Assembly: GCA_963575745.1 (NCBI GenBank)
Contig: CAUYUJ010000012.1
Span: 62,001 to 119,601 of the forward strand
Origin: Prorocentrum cordatum
Lineage: Eukaryota
Reading direction: 5' to 3'
Length of the DNA: 57,601 nucleotides
Part shown: piece after piece, positions 34,707-47,162 of the stretch
Numbering within the stretch: the first letter of the stretch is position 1
How the letters are laid out: each line of letters begins with the position of its first letter
The notes under the pieces: model-generated
What the model saw: the letters and a program-made list of their open reading frames with translations, nothing else
Told to the model about the DNA's origin: nothing
Database searches by the model: none
Translations under genes and position numbers: made by a program

Positions 34707-34744
34707 CTGTCTCGTGATCAAGGCTAAAGTAGGTTGGAACATCA

Positions 34745-35400
34745 TAATCCTGGACCCATCCCACGCGCACCCGCTCGAGGCTCGCGCACGTCCCACACTC
34801 CCGGGCGCTGCGCTCGAGCGCTCCCCGGGCCTCCCAGGCCACGATCCCGCGCTGCAAACCCATGGATCTGCGTTCCGAGCGTCCGAGACCGCGCACGGAG
34901 GCGACCGAGGAGACCAAGATGGCCCAAGATGCCTCGAAGACGGCCCAAGATGGCTCCAGGGCGGCCGAGTAATGCTTCAAGACGGCCCAAGATGCCTCCA
35001 AGAGGGCCCAGAAGGGCCACAAGAGGACCTCTGATGGCGTCCGAAGAAGCCAGAATCTTTGATTCCCGTCCGATTGTTGCATGATGTTCGCATTCTCGCC
35101 TTTTCGGGCTGCCGTCCGCTCAAGAGGGCCCACGAGGACTCCACGATGGCCCAAGAGGTACCCAAAACGGCCCCATGGCGGCCCCAAGGCGGCCCCCAGA
35201 CGGCCCAAGAGGGCCGTCCTGTGGGACCCAAGGCGGCCTCAGAGGGCACTCGGACGGCTCAAGACGACGCCACGACGGCCCGCAGACACCCACCGTACAG
35301 CCAAGATCGCGTAATTGGGCACCACGACGGCCCAAGAGGACCCCAAGGGACCCCCAAGACTGCCTCACGGGATACCAAGACAGCCATGAGACGGCCTGAA
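34745..35400 (+). repeat. CCAAGA-rich interspersed repeat (similar region at ~41905-42610)
   Basis: Many GGCCCAAGA/CCAAGATGG motifs in both regions. Confidence 0.6.
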
Positions 35401-35405
35401 CGACC

Positions 35406-35420
35406 ATCATCATCATCATT

Positions 35421-35499
<79 letters not shown>

Positions 35500-35572
35500 G
35501 CATCAGCAGCATCATCATCATCATCATCATAATCATCATCATCATCAGCATGAGCATGAGCATCAGCATCAG

Positions 35573-35603
<31 letters not shown>

Positions 35604-35632
35604 GTCATCAACATCATCATCATCATCATGAG

Positions 35633-35671
<39 letters not shown>

Positions 35672-36322
35672 GATCATGATCATCATCACCATCATCAGCA
35701 TCATCATCATGATCATGATCATCATCATGAGCATCATCATCATCAGCATCATCAGCATCAGCATCATCATCATGATCATCATCATCAGCATCATCAGCAT
35801 CAGCATCAGCATCATCATCATCAGCAGCATCAGCATCATCAGCATCATCAGCACCGTCATCATCATCATCAGCATCAGCATCATCATCATCATCACCAGC
35901 AGCAGCATCATCATCAGCATCATCATCCTAATCATCATCAGCAGCATCAGCAGCAGCATCATCAGCATCATCAGCATCAGCATCACCATTAGCAGATTCA
36001 TCAGTGGCATCATCACCAACATCATCTGCATCATCAGCATCAGCATAATCGTCAGCATCAGCACCAGCGTCATCATAATCACCACCACCATCATCTTTGT
36101 CATCGTCAGCAGCAGCCTCAGCATCAACAACATCCTAATACGCATCACCATCATTACAACCACTGTCATCATAATCGGTGTGGCCACCGTCATCGGCACC
36201 ATCATGAACAACAACGACGGCGACAGTAACAGCAATCGAAACGACAACAATCACAACAACCACACCAACAACACTAACCTCAACAGCAACAACAACAGTA
36301 GCAGCAGACAGCAGAACCACAC

Positions 36323-36360
<38 letters not shown>

Positions 36361-36800
36361 TGCAGTAGAAGCAACAGCAACACCAAAGGCAACAGTCACA
36401 ACAACATTAACTACGGCAACAACAACAACGACAACCGCAACCACAACATCAACCACCACAGCAGCAGCAACAACCACAACAACAACAACCACAACAACAA
36501 CGACAACAGCAGCAGCCTCAACAGCGTCAACAACAAACAGCAGCAACACCAGCCTCAGCTCAGGCATCAGTAGCAGCATCATCAAAATCATCTCCAACAA
36601 CAAATAAGAGCCACCGTCAGCAGCAACAACAGCATCATCTTCACCAACATCATCATCAACAACATCAGCATCATCATAGCCGATCACCACACCTGCTATC
36701 ATCACCATCACCATGAACAGCATCATTGCCATCAGCAGCAGCATCATCACCATCAACAGCCATCATCATCCATTATCATCATCGCAATTCGGAATCGTTA
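35406..36800. repeat. (ATC)n grading into (AAC/AGC)n degenerate microsatellite
   Basis: Direct reading. Confidence 0.95.
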
Positions 36801-38297
36801 TCATCCCCATCACACTCATCATTACCATCCTTATCACGGTTACTCCAAGCCTGGGGACACGAGGTGTCACACGTGACGGCCTGCCCCCGCAAACAATCGC
36901 CACCCAGAATGCTGGACTGGCACGATGGCTGGACTTGCCGCAGGGTGTGCACGCATGTATACACGTGAGTAAATCAGAGTGTGAGGGGGCCGAACGGTCC
37001 CACAGTGTGGCCCTGGGTGCGTGGCTGAAGCGGGGCTCCGAGGTGCAGATCGTCGTCGTTGCTGGTCGACGACGCCCCTCGGCCCGCGAACTGCCCCGCG
37101 GCCCGCCCCGCGGCCCCGCCCGGGGTGGGAACCTCAGGGGCTGGGGCCCCCACGGGGTGGACCGCCTGGGCAGGGGTCGAGCAGGGGATCGACTACAGAA
37201 TCGCGTCTGCCCCAGAGTGGGTGCCCCGTCGAAGCTACGACGCATACCCACACTGCTCCGCAGATCGATTGACTATTCCTACGTGGTCTTCTCCTCATGG
37301 GTTCGACGGGAAAATAAGTCACCTTTGGGGTAAAGCAATTCTGCAGTCGATCCCCTACTGGAGAGGGACGGGGCATCGCGCTCAGACTCGTCGCTGGGAG
37401 CTCATTCGTTGGACTGGTGGCCGCCAGGCTCCCCCGCCGGGACTGGGACGGCGGCCCCCCCGCGACCCACCGCGTGACCTGCCACGTGACCTGCCCTTGT
37501 GATTAGCTGGCCGAGCTCAAGAGAAGTTCAAAGCGAATGTTCTCTGATTCGGCGTTTCGACACTGGGCGGAAGGGGGGGGGAGTGGGGTGGTCTGGCTCC
37601 GAACCTCTGCTTAAGGCGACTGTTTGCAGCAGTGCTTCCTATGGAGGAGGCCCCACCTGCTTGAAAAAGGCGCCAAAAATAGCCAAGATCTACTCCATGA
37701 GATAACAATCACATACGCACTCCGGATGTTCGGAACCTCCTCGCCGCCGAACTGTGTCCAGACTGCTTCCGAACTTCGAGATCTTAGCAGCGTTGGATTT
37801 GAGCTTTGTATCAGCATTGGTCCTGAAGTCTTTGTTCGAATGTCCTGGATATTCTAACATGGGGGCGGTTTGCGCCAACTCGGGCAAATACAAACCTACC
37901 CCGGCCCGCGACCCAACGCAAACGGTGTGTTTCAAAAGCTCGCTGCAAGCGTTGGGGGACAGCACCTCAAAACGAGAGGGCAGTTCCTGAGCGGCGAAAG
38001 CGCGATTGCTGGTTAAACTGCGAGGGAGTCCCAAGCGTGCTTCTTGAGCAAGCGCAGTGAAGTCTCGAGCGAGGATACGATTCATGAATAACTTGCAAGG
38101 TAGGCTCGGGCGGGAGATGTTGGTGCTGTAGCTGGGAGCTAGGGGAACAACAATGACTATTGTTCAAAGATCGGAGTGCATAACACCAGTACTCAGACAC
38201 AAAAAGACTGGTGGCAGGCGTCTTTACATTGGCTTCCGATTCTCGCAAACTGCCGACGACACCCGCGCCCGTCACTCTTGTCCGCAACGGCGGGGGC

Positions 38298-38895
38298 TAG
38301 CACCCCCTGGATTAAGAAAGTCCGGATCGGCACTGCAGGCCCCCTTGCATCGTCGCTATCAAATGGGGCCGGGAGCTTCGACCCTCGATTGTTCCTGGAC
38401 CTTCGATTATAGACCTTGGCCTCCGAGGTGACCCCCCGACAGGCCCGCGCGCCGAACAACAGAAAGGCACCGCAAGGCGCTGAGCACTGGAAGCAACAAG
38501 TTCTGTCTAGAATCGCCCACGCCGAGGGAGGTAAACCTGACCTGCAGGAAGTCCCACGCAGAAGCGCAACTTTCAGGCAACATAAATGAGACCAGTTCTT
38601 GTTTTGTGTGAGGAAGTCCTGGGTGGAATCGTCAAAATCCGGTGGCCTCTGAAATTTTCCGGTCGTCTGAAGAGCGACCGAAAACTGGTTGGGTGGAAGT
38701 GTTGGGCGGAATGGGAAGTTCCGGTCTTCACCCCATTTGGCGATTATGATGCTAGAGGGGGCGAGGATGCACCAGAAATTTGGCCATGGCGGCCTCTGCA
38801 ACATTGTACCGGGGCCCCGGGGCCTGACGGGGACCGAACGTCAGAGCTTCTTCCCCAACCTCTGCGGCCCGGACTGCTTAATCCAGGGGGCTGTA
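38298..38895. mobile_element. TIR element with a duplicated right end (second copy to ~39132)
   Basis: CCCCCTGGATTAAGAAAGTCCGG / CCGGACTGCTTAATCCAGGGGG; 38741-38890 is repeated at ~38980-39132. Confidence 0.65.
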
Positions 38896-39750
38896 CGACG
38901 TTTCGTTGCTCTGTTCGTGTTCTTTGTCTCAGGGACTGCCGATGACGACGACGACACCGACGACGACGACGACGACAGCGATTATAATGTTAGAGGGGGT
39001 GAGGATGCACCGGAAATTTGGCCATGGCGGCCTCTGCAACATGGCAGCAGGGCCCCGGGGCCCGACAGGAACCGAACATGACAGAGCCTCTGCCCCGACC
39101 TCTGCGGCCGGAGACTCCTTCATCCGGGGGGCTGCGGGGCGCGCCCTCGGCCTGCCCGCCGTCCCCCTCCCTCCCCTCCCCTCGCCCCTCGCTCGTGGGA
39201 TGAGGGAGGAGCGCGGGGGAGGAGGGGGAGGAGGAGGACGGGAGGAGGGGGACGGGAGGAGGGGGACGGGAGGAGGGGGTGGGAGGAGGGGGATGGGAGG
39301 AGGGGGAGGAGGAGCAGCGCTCGCCCGCCGCCCCCAGCAGCAGCGCACGCTGCCCCCGGGCGCGCCTCCCCGCGCAGCGGCTCTCCCGCCCCGCCCCCCC
39401 TCCTTCCCAGCCGCTTCGCGTCGGGGCGGCACGGGGCCGCCCGGAGCCGCCCGCCCTCTCGCCATCGCCCCGTCCCCGCCCGCTCTCTCCACGGCGCTCG
39501 GCGGCGAGCGAGGGGGGGAGGCGAGGAGGAGAGGGCCTCCTCAGAGGGGCGGCGGGGCGCCTCTCGGGGGCCCCCTCGCGCCCTCTCCGAGAGGCTTGCG
39601 GCTCGGGCTTCGAGGGAGGGCTCCAGAAGGCTTCGCTCGGAAGGCCGGGGAGCTTCCGAGCCTTCTGAGGGGGCCTTCTCCTGCCCACTTCACCCCCTTC
39701 GCCCGCCGCCGAGGCCTGCCTGATGCCTGCCCGCTCTGGCTGCGGCGCTC

Positions 39751-39807
39751 CTCCTCGGAGGAGAACATGGTCTTGATGCTGGCGGTCCTCTCCTTGAGCG
39801 TCTTGAC
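39751..39807 (-). CDS. Oxidoreductase exon D: VKTLKERTASIKTMFSSEE
   Basis: cggcag|GTC AAG...GAG GAG|ga; 57 nt. The donor could lie 3 nt earlier because of the GAG repeat. Confidence 0.8.
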
Positions 39808-40224
39808 CTGCCGCAGGGGGGGGGGGCGCGGGGGACGGGATCGCGTTCTCCGGACGGGGCCGCGAAGCGCGGACGTGGGCACGACGAAGGCTTCTCTTGG
39901 CCGGGGCGCCGTGCGCTGCGCACGCTCGTGCGAGATGGGAAGGGAGGGCGGCGGAGGAGGGAGGGAGGGAGGAGCACGAGGACGAGGGCCGCGAACGCCC
40001 TCGGGGGTGCACGATGCAAAGGCCACGGCCCGGGGCTCCGAGGCTCCTGGCAGCCGAGCCCCTCGCCGACCTTCGGCCGGGGGCTCCTGCGGAGCACCTC
40101 GCCCGATGTGGTCCGGGCCGCCGCCCGCGCCATGCGGCGCCGAACTTCGGCGGCGAGCCCGAGGGGGAAGCGAGAGGGGGGGGGGCTTCTCAGCAGGCTC
40201 GGAAGACCCCCGGCCTTCTGAGAA

Positions 40225-40416
40225 TCGGGAGCGGCCAAGAGGGGGGTGTCCAAGAGGGGGGGTGCAAATCATGACCGGCGGCATGTGCGCGGCCCAGCGG
40301 GGGGGCCAGGGACGTAATGAAATAAGAAGAGGCGCCATGAAATCTGGGGAAATATCATGGCCCCCGCCATGATATCCACCCCCCCTAGTCATCACCCCCC
40401 TCTTTGCCGCCCCCGA
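40225..40416. mobile_element. MITE TCGGG...CCCGA (family 2), copy 2, 5-bp TSD GAGAA
   Basis: Near-identical to 33568-33760; GAGAA at 40220-40224 and 40417-40421. Confidence 0.9.
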
Positions 40417-43400
40417 GAGAAGTGTCCTGAGCCTTCCCAGAGGGCAGAGACAAGAAACCCCTCAGAGGGCGCGAGCGAGGGCTTCTGAGAAGCCCCGCCG
40501 CCCTCTGAGAAGGCCCTCTCCTCCGCATTTCCCCCCCTCGCTCGCCGCCGAAAACTCCCCGGGAGCCCCGAGGACACTGCGGCGGCGGCACCTGCGCCTG
40601 GCGTCCCTCGGAGAGGCCGGGGGCCCGGTGCCCCGCGAGTGCGCCGCGCCGCTCCGCCCAGGAGGTGGCGCGGGCTCCACGCCCGGCGGCCAAGCTGCGG
40701 CATCTCCGGGAGCAGCGAGCCAAAGGCCAGAGCACGCTGCTGATGCACGGGGCTCGGCGGCGAGCGAGGGGGGGGGGGCAGTGGGGAGGAGACAGCCTTC
40801 TCGGGAGGCGGCGGGGCTTCTCAGGAGCCCCCGCGCCCTCCGAGAAGTTGTGTGTGTGTGTGTGCCTTGGGGGAAGACTTGGAGCGCTTCGCAGAAGGCC
40901 GGGGGACTTCTCAGCCTTCTGAGGAGGCCCGCCCTCTCTCACTCGCCCCCTCGCTCGCCGCCGAGAAACGCGCTCCCCTGCGGAGGATGGTGCTCACGAG
41001 ATGCACCGAGCAAGCCCTGAGAGTCGGTCGGGGACCACAGCGCAGTGCTGAGGCGGGCCTACGCGCGCGAAAGCCTGGCCTGTGTGGCAGCCGTCGGCTG
41101 GAGAACGTGAGCCGGGGTCGCTGGGATCGCAGGGAGCAGAGGGCTGGGATCCTGACTCGGCGGCGAACGAGGGGGGGAAGCGAGAAGGGGGGGGGGCCTT
41201 CTCAGAAGGCTCGGAAGACCCCCAGCCTTCTGAGAAATTGTCTAAGCCTTCCCCGAGGATAAGAAAAAACTTCTCTGAAGGTGCGAGGACTTCTGAGAAG
41301 GCCTTCTCCTTCTCATTTCCCCCCTCGCTCGCCGCCGACAGAGAGCTGGGATCCTGACGGGCACGGAGCCTGCGGATGCTGGGCTGATGGAGCTCCGCTG
41401 AGCCGTCAGAGCACGCACCCAGCCCCGCGCGCTGCACACACTCAGCAGCGCATCGCCCCCCCCCCGAGGAGAGGCCGGGTATGGCGCAGATGCCCGCAGC
41501 ACGCTGCTCTCTAGGGACTCTCTGGGGACGCGGGAGGTGGCGACGACGATGCTGCGCCAACGCTTGGCAGCGCTGTGGAATCGAGGTGTTGCCTGTGATG
41601 CCCGCAGCGCGCCGCTCTGCTGGACCCGCCAAGGGAGCTCCAGGCTGGGTGCTCGTGGCACACGACTCCGCCGACCCCCCGGCTCAGGAAGTGGCGACGA
41701 CGAGGCTACGCTTGGCAGCATCCAGGACCAGCGAAGAATCCCAGCCGCCCTCTAGGGCGGAGGTGGCTCAGGGCGCTTCCTCCTCTGCCCACCCCTTCTT
41801 CCCCCTTCGGAAGGGGGGTGTCCACTCCCCCAATACCCCCTACCACTGGGCCTATGGACAGGCCGCCCCGCGAGTTGTTGGGGCTTACGACTGCCAGAGG
41901 TGGATCTAAGATGGTCGTGAAGAGCCCAAGATCATCTTAGGCATCATCTTAGACGTCATCATCTTAGATCATTGTGAGTCATGTTGAAGGTAAGCTTAGA
42001 TGGCCTTCGAAATGGCTCAGGCTATTCCAAGATGGCTCGGTGCAGCCCAAGAGGTGCCTCCAAGAGGCCCCAAGGCAGCTCCAAGTGGCCACCTCCCGAG
42101 TATGCCCCCATGTGGCCAACAAACGGTCAGTACCTAAAGGAAACAAGTGTGTGTTGCATTCTCGCCTGGTCGCTTCCGATAGGCTTCCGATGCTACAACA
42201 TGACTCCTACAAGCATGGTCCAAGAGAGCCCTAAGAGGGGCTCCAAGGCGACCCCAAGAGCGCCCCAAGAGCGTCCTGGCTCAAGAGGGGCGGCCCAAAT
42301 TGTGGAGCCCCCTTCTTTGATCGCTGGGCTCCAAGACAGCCCCAAGAAGGCCCAAGTGAGCCCCGAGAGGGCCCCAACAGAGACGCAAAGCCCTTGAATC
42401 TTGCCCTCAGGGGCCCCAGGTTGGCCCAAGTGAGCTGCCAAGAGGCTCCCAGATCGAGAGATCCAAAGGCATGTATGGCTGACTCCTGGCTATGCTCAGG
42501 CTGGTCCCGAGCTTCGGCTTGACGGCAGCCTCCTACACTTCACCGATCAAGGCAACTCGCCTTGGCATCGTTTCCGGATGGGCTGGTGGGGACTCGCGCA
42601 GCGCCAAGAAGTGGCTTGTGTGCCCGTGCTGCACGCTGCTCGCTGGGCACTCCTCGACACGGAAGGTGATGACAGCTGCGTGGTAGGCGCCAAGGACAAG
42701 CAGGGAGGAGAGGCGGTCAGAGGAGAGGATGAAGGGGAGAGAAGACAGGGAAAGCGGGGGAAGGGAGGAGGACAGGAGAGGAGCAATGACTGCCCCTCTC
42801 AAAACAGGGAACCGACTCCAGAGGGCTGGGAGTTACAGGCTACGTCAGGGAGGGAGGGGAGGCACGGAGGGAGGAGAGGGAGGGAAGCAGCGGGAAAGGA
42901 CGTCCTGGATAAGAAAATAAAAATGGCCCGGGTCAATGCAAACCCAGGCCAGCGGAAAATCCAGGTCAGCCAGGCGTTGCAGGATCCTGCAAGATCCTGC
43001 AAGATCCTGCAAGATCCTGCTAGATCCTGCACGCTAGCCTGGGTCAACGCAGCCCTGGCTCTGCAGGATCCTGCAAGATCCGGCGCTCTGGCTGACCCGC
43101 GGTTGCATTGCCACCCCACCTTATGACAGCTTGAGAGAGATGCGGCCTCCCCTGCCCGGCAGGAGCCGAGAGGTGGTCTGACTACCGCTCTGTTCTCCCC
43201 CTTTGGTCCTCCCACTCCAGGGGCGCCTGTCCTGAGCCTGACGGCCTTCGGTCCCGAGGCGCCCCAAGATGCTTGAGGGGAGGACGAGAAGGAGGAGGAG
43301 GAGGAGGAGGAGGAAGAGGAACGAGAGGAGGAGGAGGAGGAGGAGGAGGAGGAGGAGGAGGAGGAGGAGGAGGAGGAGGAGGAACGAGAGGAGGAAGAGG

Positions 43401-43539
43401 AGGAAGAGGAGGAGGAGGAACGAGAAGAAGAGAAAACGGAAGAGGAGGAGGAGGAGGAGGAGGAGGAGGAACGAGAAGAGGAGGAGGAGGAGGAGGAGGA
43501 GGAGGAGGAGGGGGAGGAGAGTGGGGGGGGGAGCGTGGC

Positions 43540-43626
43540 CTCGCCCCAGATGAACTTCACGCCGATGCGGCGCTCGTACACGGGCTGCAGGGTGAAGGTG
43601 AGGGCGTCCAGGTGGCAGGGCTTCAC
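43540..43626 (-). CDS. Oxidoreductase exon C: VKPCHLDALTFTLQPVYERRIGVKFIWGE
   Basis: ccgaag|GTG...GGC GAG|gc; 87 nt, strong GC3 codon bias, in frame with exons B and D. Confidence 0.88.
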
Positions 43627-45971
43627 CTTCGGCCGCCGAGCGGGAGCGATCGGGCGAGGCACCGGCAGCGGGGACAGCCGTGGCAGCGTCGACGGCGGCA
43701 GCGGATGGGATGGAGCCGTGGGGGGGGCGAGCGAGAGGGGCCCTGACCGAGCCCTTTGGGGAGAAGGGTGGAACAAATAAGGGAGACAAGAAACGGAGGA
43801 ATCGCGCGTCGCAGTCCAGGCACGATCTCTCCGATAGCACAACCTTAAGAAAATACATCCACTGGAGGGCGCACAACCCAAATGATGCAGGCTACTCTTC
43901 CTACGTCGAAGGACCCAAGCAAGGAAGCACGCAAAAAGACCACCGATGGAGCATGCAGGAACGTCCTGCCAATGAGCGCAGACGCCCGCAATCATCGCAG
44001 GTGTGGTGAGTGCGTCGCTCGAGCTGCCCCGACGGTTCCTCAAGCGGGCCCGATCGCCGCAGCAACTGGGCAGAGCTCTGCCTCAGAATGGGGTTCCCGC
44101 CTTGGCGTCGGCAACGCTCCTGCCTCTGAGTGGTGCTCGCACCTTGGCGCCAGCCAGTCCTGCCTCGAAGGGTGCTCTCGCCTCAGATCAGGCCATGCTC
44201 CTGCCTCGCAACGGTGGCGACACTCCTGCCTCAAAACTATGGCTTCGCCTCAACGCCACCCACACTCTTGCCTCTGATCGGCAGCAGAACGCGCAGCTGC
44301 AGCACAAAAGTAGCTGCAATAACAGCCTAACAGCAGCACTAGCGGCGTAAAAATACCAAAGGCAATAAGAACGGCATCAGCCACGGTAGCAGCCGCAGTG
44401 GAGGCAGCGGCGGCAGCAACAGGATCGGCAACCGGCGTGGAACAAGCAGCCGCAGTGGCAGCAGCAGTTGCAGCAGCAGCAGCACCGTCAGCGCTGACAG
44501 CAGGCAGTGACAGCAACGCACTGTCATTAAGTCGGGCCTGTCCTCCCCCAGGGGGATTGTGGACGAAAAATGAGAAATATTCCAAAAATGCCCCAAAATG
44601 GTCAAAAAAATCAGAAAAATCGTCCCCATACTATTGTTAGACTATTTTTGAATATTCCTCCTGTAGAGGGACAGGCGCGGCTGTCCCTGTACATAGAGGG
44701 TGGTATTGGGAAATACCAACCATAATAGTGATAATAACGATAATACAAAGTACGAATAGTAATAATAACAATAATACTAATAAAACTAAAAATTATAAGA
44801 AGAATAATAATAGGAATCGAAAAATAATAATAATACTAATGATAATACAGACATAGCAGATAGCTACCGCATACTCTTTTTTACAAAGATATGATGCTCA
44901 TAAGGTCGCCACATCAGTGATTGAGCTGGTTCTTGAACATCTGCCAGTGCCCTCGAGGTCCTCCACATTCGCCACCGCCATGACGGCATCCACAAGGTCT
45001 GGCCGGCTCAGCGCAGTGATTCCTGTCGGCCGCGATGGGTCTCATCTCGGTGCCCCTGGGGTCGCCGAGGGCGAACGGGGCCAACATCACGGTGGAGGAC
45101 GCCGCGATGGCGCGGGAGGTGGAGGAAGTCACAGGCAAATCTTCAGAATGAGCTGCTCCGCTGCCAAGCGAAAAAGCAAATGGTCGGGACGAGAAAAGGA
45201 TGATATTGCCCGAATGACAAGCAGAGATCACGTTTGGTCACAGTGGCCTATCACACTGTTGCGGGCGCGGCAAAGCTCTGAGAAGCCCAGACGGCACTGG
45301 ACAAGACGATATCAGGTACCGTTCGAACGGAGGGAGAAGGATCGAGGCGGGAGGAAGCGGAGGGAGGGAGGAGGGAGGAGTAGGGAGGGAGGACGAGGGA
45401 AAAAAGGAAGAGGGGGAGCTGCTCCACTGCATACACATAAGACTCTAAAAAGACGAGACTGGTACCCCCCCCCTGCCCAGGGGGTGGCGCACTGGAACCA
45501 CCTCCGACACCGCTGGGGAGGGCTTCCAAGCTGCCCAGCTGATGGGGAAGGGACTCCACGACGCTCGCTCGCACTCGCCGCCTCAGACGGGAGGGCGCAG
45601 GCAGGGCTGAGCAGCGCCAGAGGAGGAGGAGGAGGAGGAGGAGGAGGAGGAGGAGGCGGAGGAGGGGGAGGAGGAGAGGAGGAGGAGGAGGAGGAGGAGG
45701 GAGGAGGAGGAGGCCCCACTCTCCTCCTCCTCCTCCTCCTCCGCCTCCTCCTCCTCCTCCTCCTCCTCCTCCTCCTCCTCCTCCTCCTCCCAAGAACCGT
45801 TTGGCTCTGGCGTCCCATTTTGGGACCCTGGGGCCGCGCCGAGCCTCCGCGAGGCGTTCTTGGGGGCCGCGCGTGCCATAGGCCTGACGGGCCTGGCGGC
45901 GTGCGGTGCAGATTCGGCGCTTCAGAAGGTATCGGAGGCTTGCTTCTCGCTCTTCAGGTCTCTTGGGCACC

Positions 45972-47162
45972 ATGGGCCGTGGGGCTTCGCGTCGGCCCAG
46001 TTCTTCCCAGGGCAGGAAGCAGGCTTCCGTCGCTGCTCGCCCTTGGTCGCGGTGCTCCACGTGCCGCCGCTGCGAGTACGACGACATCCTCTTCGGCCAG
46101 AGCTGGAAGTGCGTCTGCGGGAGCCGCGTGACGCAGTACCGCCCGCCGTCCCAGCCGCGCTCTCGGGGACAGCACGGCGGCCGCTCGCGTGGCGATCCAG
46201 CTCCAGCAGCTCCCCCAGCCGACGTGAGCAACCCGCTCGAGGCCTTGCTGCGCCCAGGTGCCGCCTCGTCGGCCTCTTCAGGCCCTGTGCCGCCCGAGTT
46301 GCTGGCCGCTATGAAGGTGGTGGAGGCCCACGCGCAGGCGGCGGCGGAGCGGGCAGCCAAGCCCGCCAAGGCGCCATCGCCTGACGCTGCACTTCGCCGC
46401 GCTTCGGGCGAATGCCGCGATCTTCATCGCCGTCATCAGGCGGCCGTGGACCAAGTTCTTCGCTGCAGGAAAGCGCTCCTGCTGGCCGAGAATCGGGAGA
46501 AGGAAGTGGCCCTTCTTTTGGCCGAGGCGGAGGCCGCCAAGCAGAAGGCCGCCGCTGCTGTCGCTGCGCTTGGACCAGTCGCTGGCCCCGCCTCGACGAC
46601 CGCGCCTGCGGCTACTGCGCCTGCGGCTTCGGCGGAGTCAGGCGACCTCTTCTCCTTGCATTGGGACGATGCGGTGTTCGACGAGGGCGTCCTCTGCGAG
46701 CTCGATCCCGACGAGCAGGCCACGTTGGCCGCGCTGAGGAAGGAGCTGCTCGCGGCGAAGGACCTGTTGCAGTCGCACTCGAGCGAGGTCCGCGTGAAGC
46801 TCACCGCGGCCAAGCAGCTCGCCGCCATGGGCCGGCAGAGGATGGCCAAGAAGCGGAAGAGCGACGCTGACGGGGCGCCAGCTGGACAGGCCGCTGCCGA
46901 GAGCTCCGCGGCCACTCCTCGGGTGCGCTTCGAGGACTCGCCTCCTGCCGCGGGCGCGTCTGCTGGAGCGAGCTCGTCCCCCGACGAGGCTTCGCTGGCA
47001 GCCGCTGCAGCCAAACTCAGCCAGGCTAAGTTCGCCGCGGCGCAGCAGGCCGCCGCCGCCACCTCTGCTGCTGGGCCCTCAGCCACGTCGTCAGCGCCTG
47101 CAGCGGGCCCAGGCAGTCCCTCCTTGGCGTCGGCGGCCGGCGCTGAGGACAGCGGCCTTTGA
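45972..47162 (+). CDS. LINE ORF1 (~396 aa from first ATG): N-terminal Cys motif and Ala-rich coiled coil
   Basis: WSRCSTC...WKCVCG putative zinc finger, helical E/A/K-rich segments, position upstream of pol. Confidence 0.8.
   Translation: MGRGASRRPSSSQGRKQASVAARPWSRCSTCRRCEYDDILFGQSWKCVCGSRVTQYRPPSQPRSRGQHGGRSRGDPAPAAPPADVSNPLEALLRPGAASSASSGPVPPELLAAMKVVEAHAQAAAERAAKPAKAPSPDAALRRASGECRDLHRRHQAAVDQVLRCRKALLLAENREKEVALLLAEAEAAKQKAAAAVAALGPVAGPASTTAPAATAPAASAESGDLFSLHWDDAVFDEGVLCELDPDEQATLAALRKELLAAKDLLQSHSSEVRVKLTAAKQLAAMGRQRMAKKRKSDADGAPAGQAAAESSAATPRVRFEDSPPAAGASAGASSSPDEASLAAAAAKLSQAKFAAAQQAAAATSAAGPSATSSAPAAGPGSPSLASAAGAEDSGL

Noticed and set aside
36840..38700. Possible ncRNA or transposase remnant
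   Set aside because: Complex sequence, but no tRNA, rRNA, ribozyme or protein motif could be recognised by eye.
38906..41720. Several long overlapping G/R/P-rich ORFs
   Set aside because: GC-rich degenerate repeats (TTCTGAGAAGGC, CCCTCGCTCGCCGCCGA) lacking stops; only the 57-nt exon D is supported.
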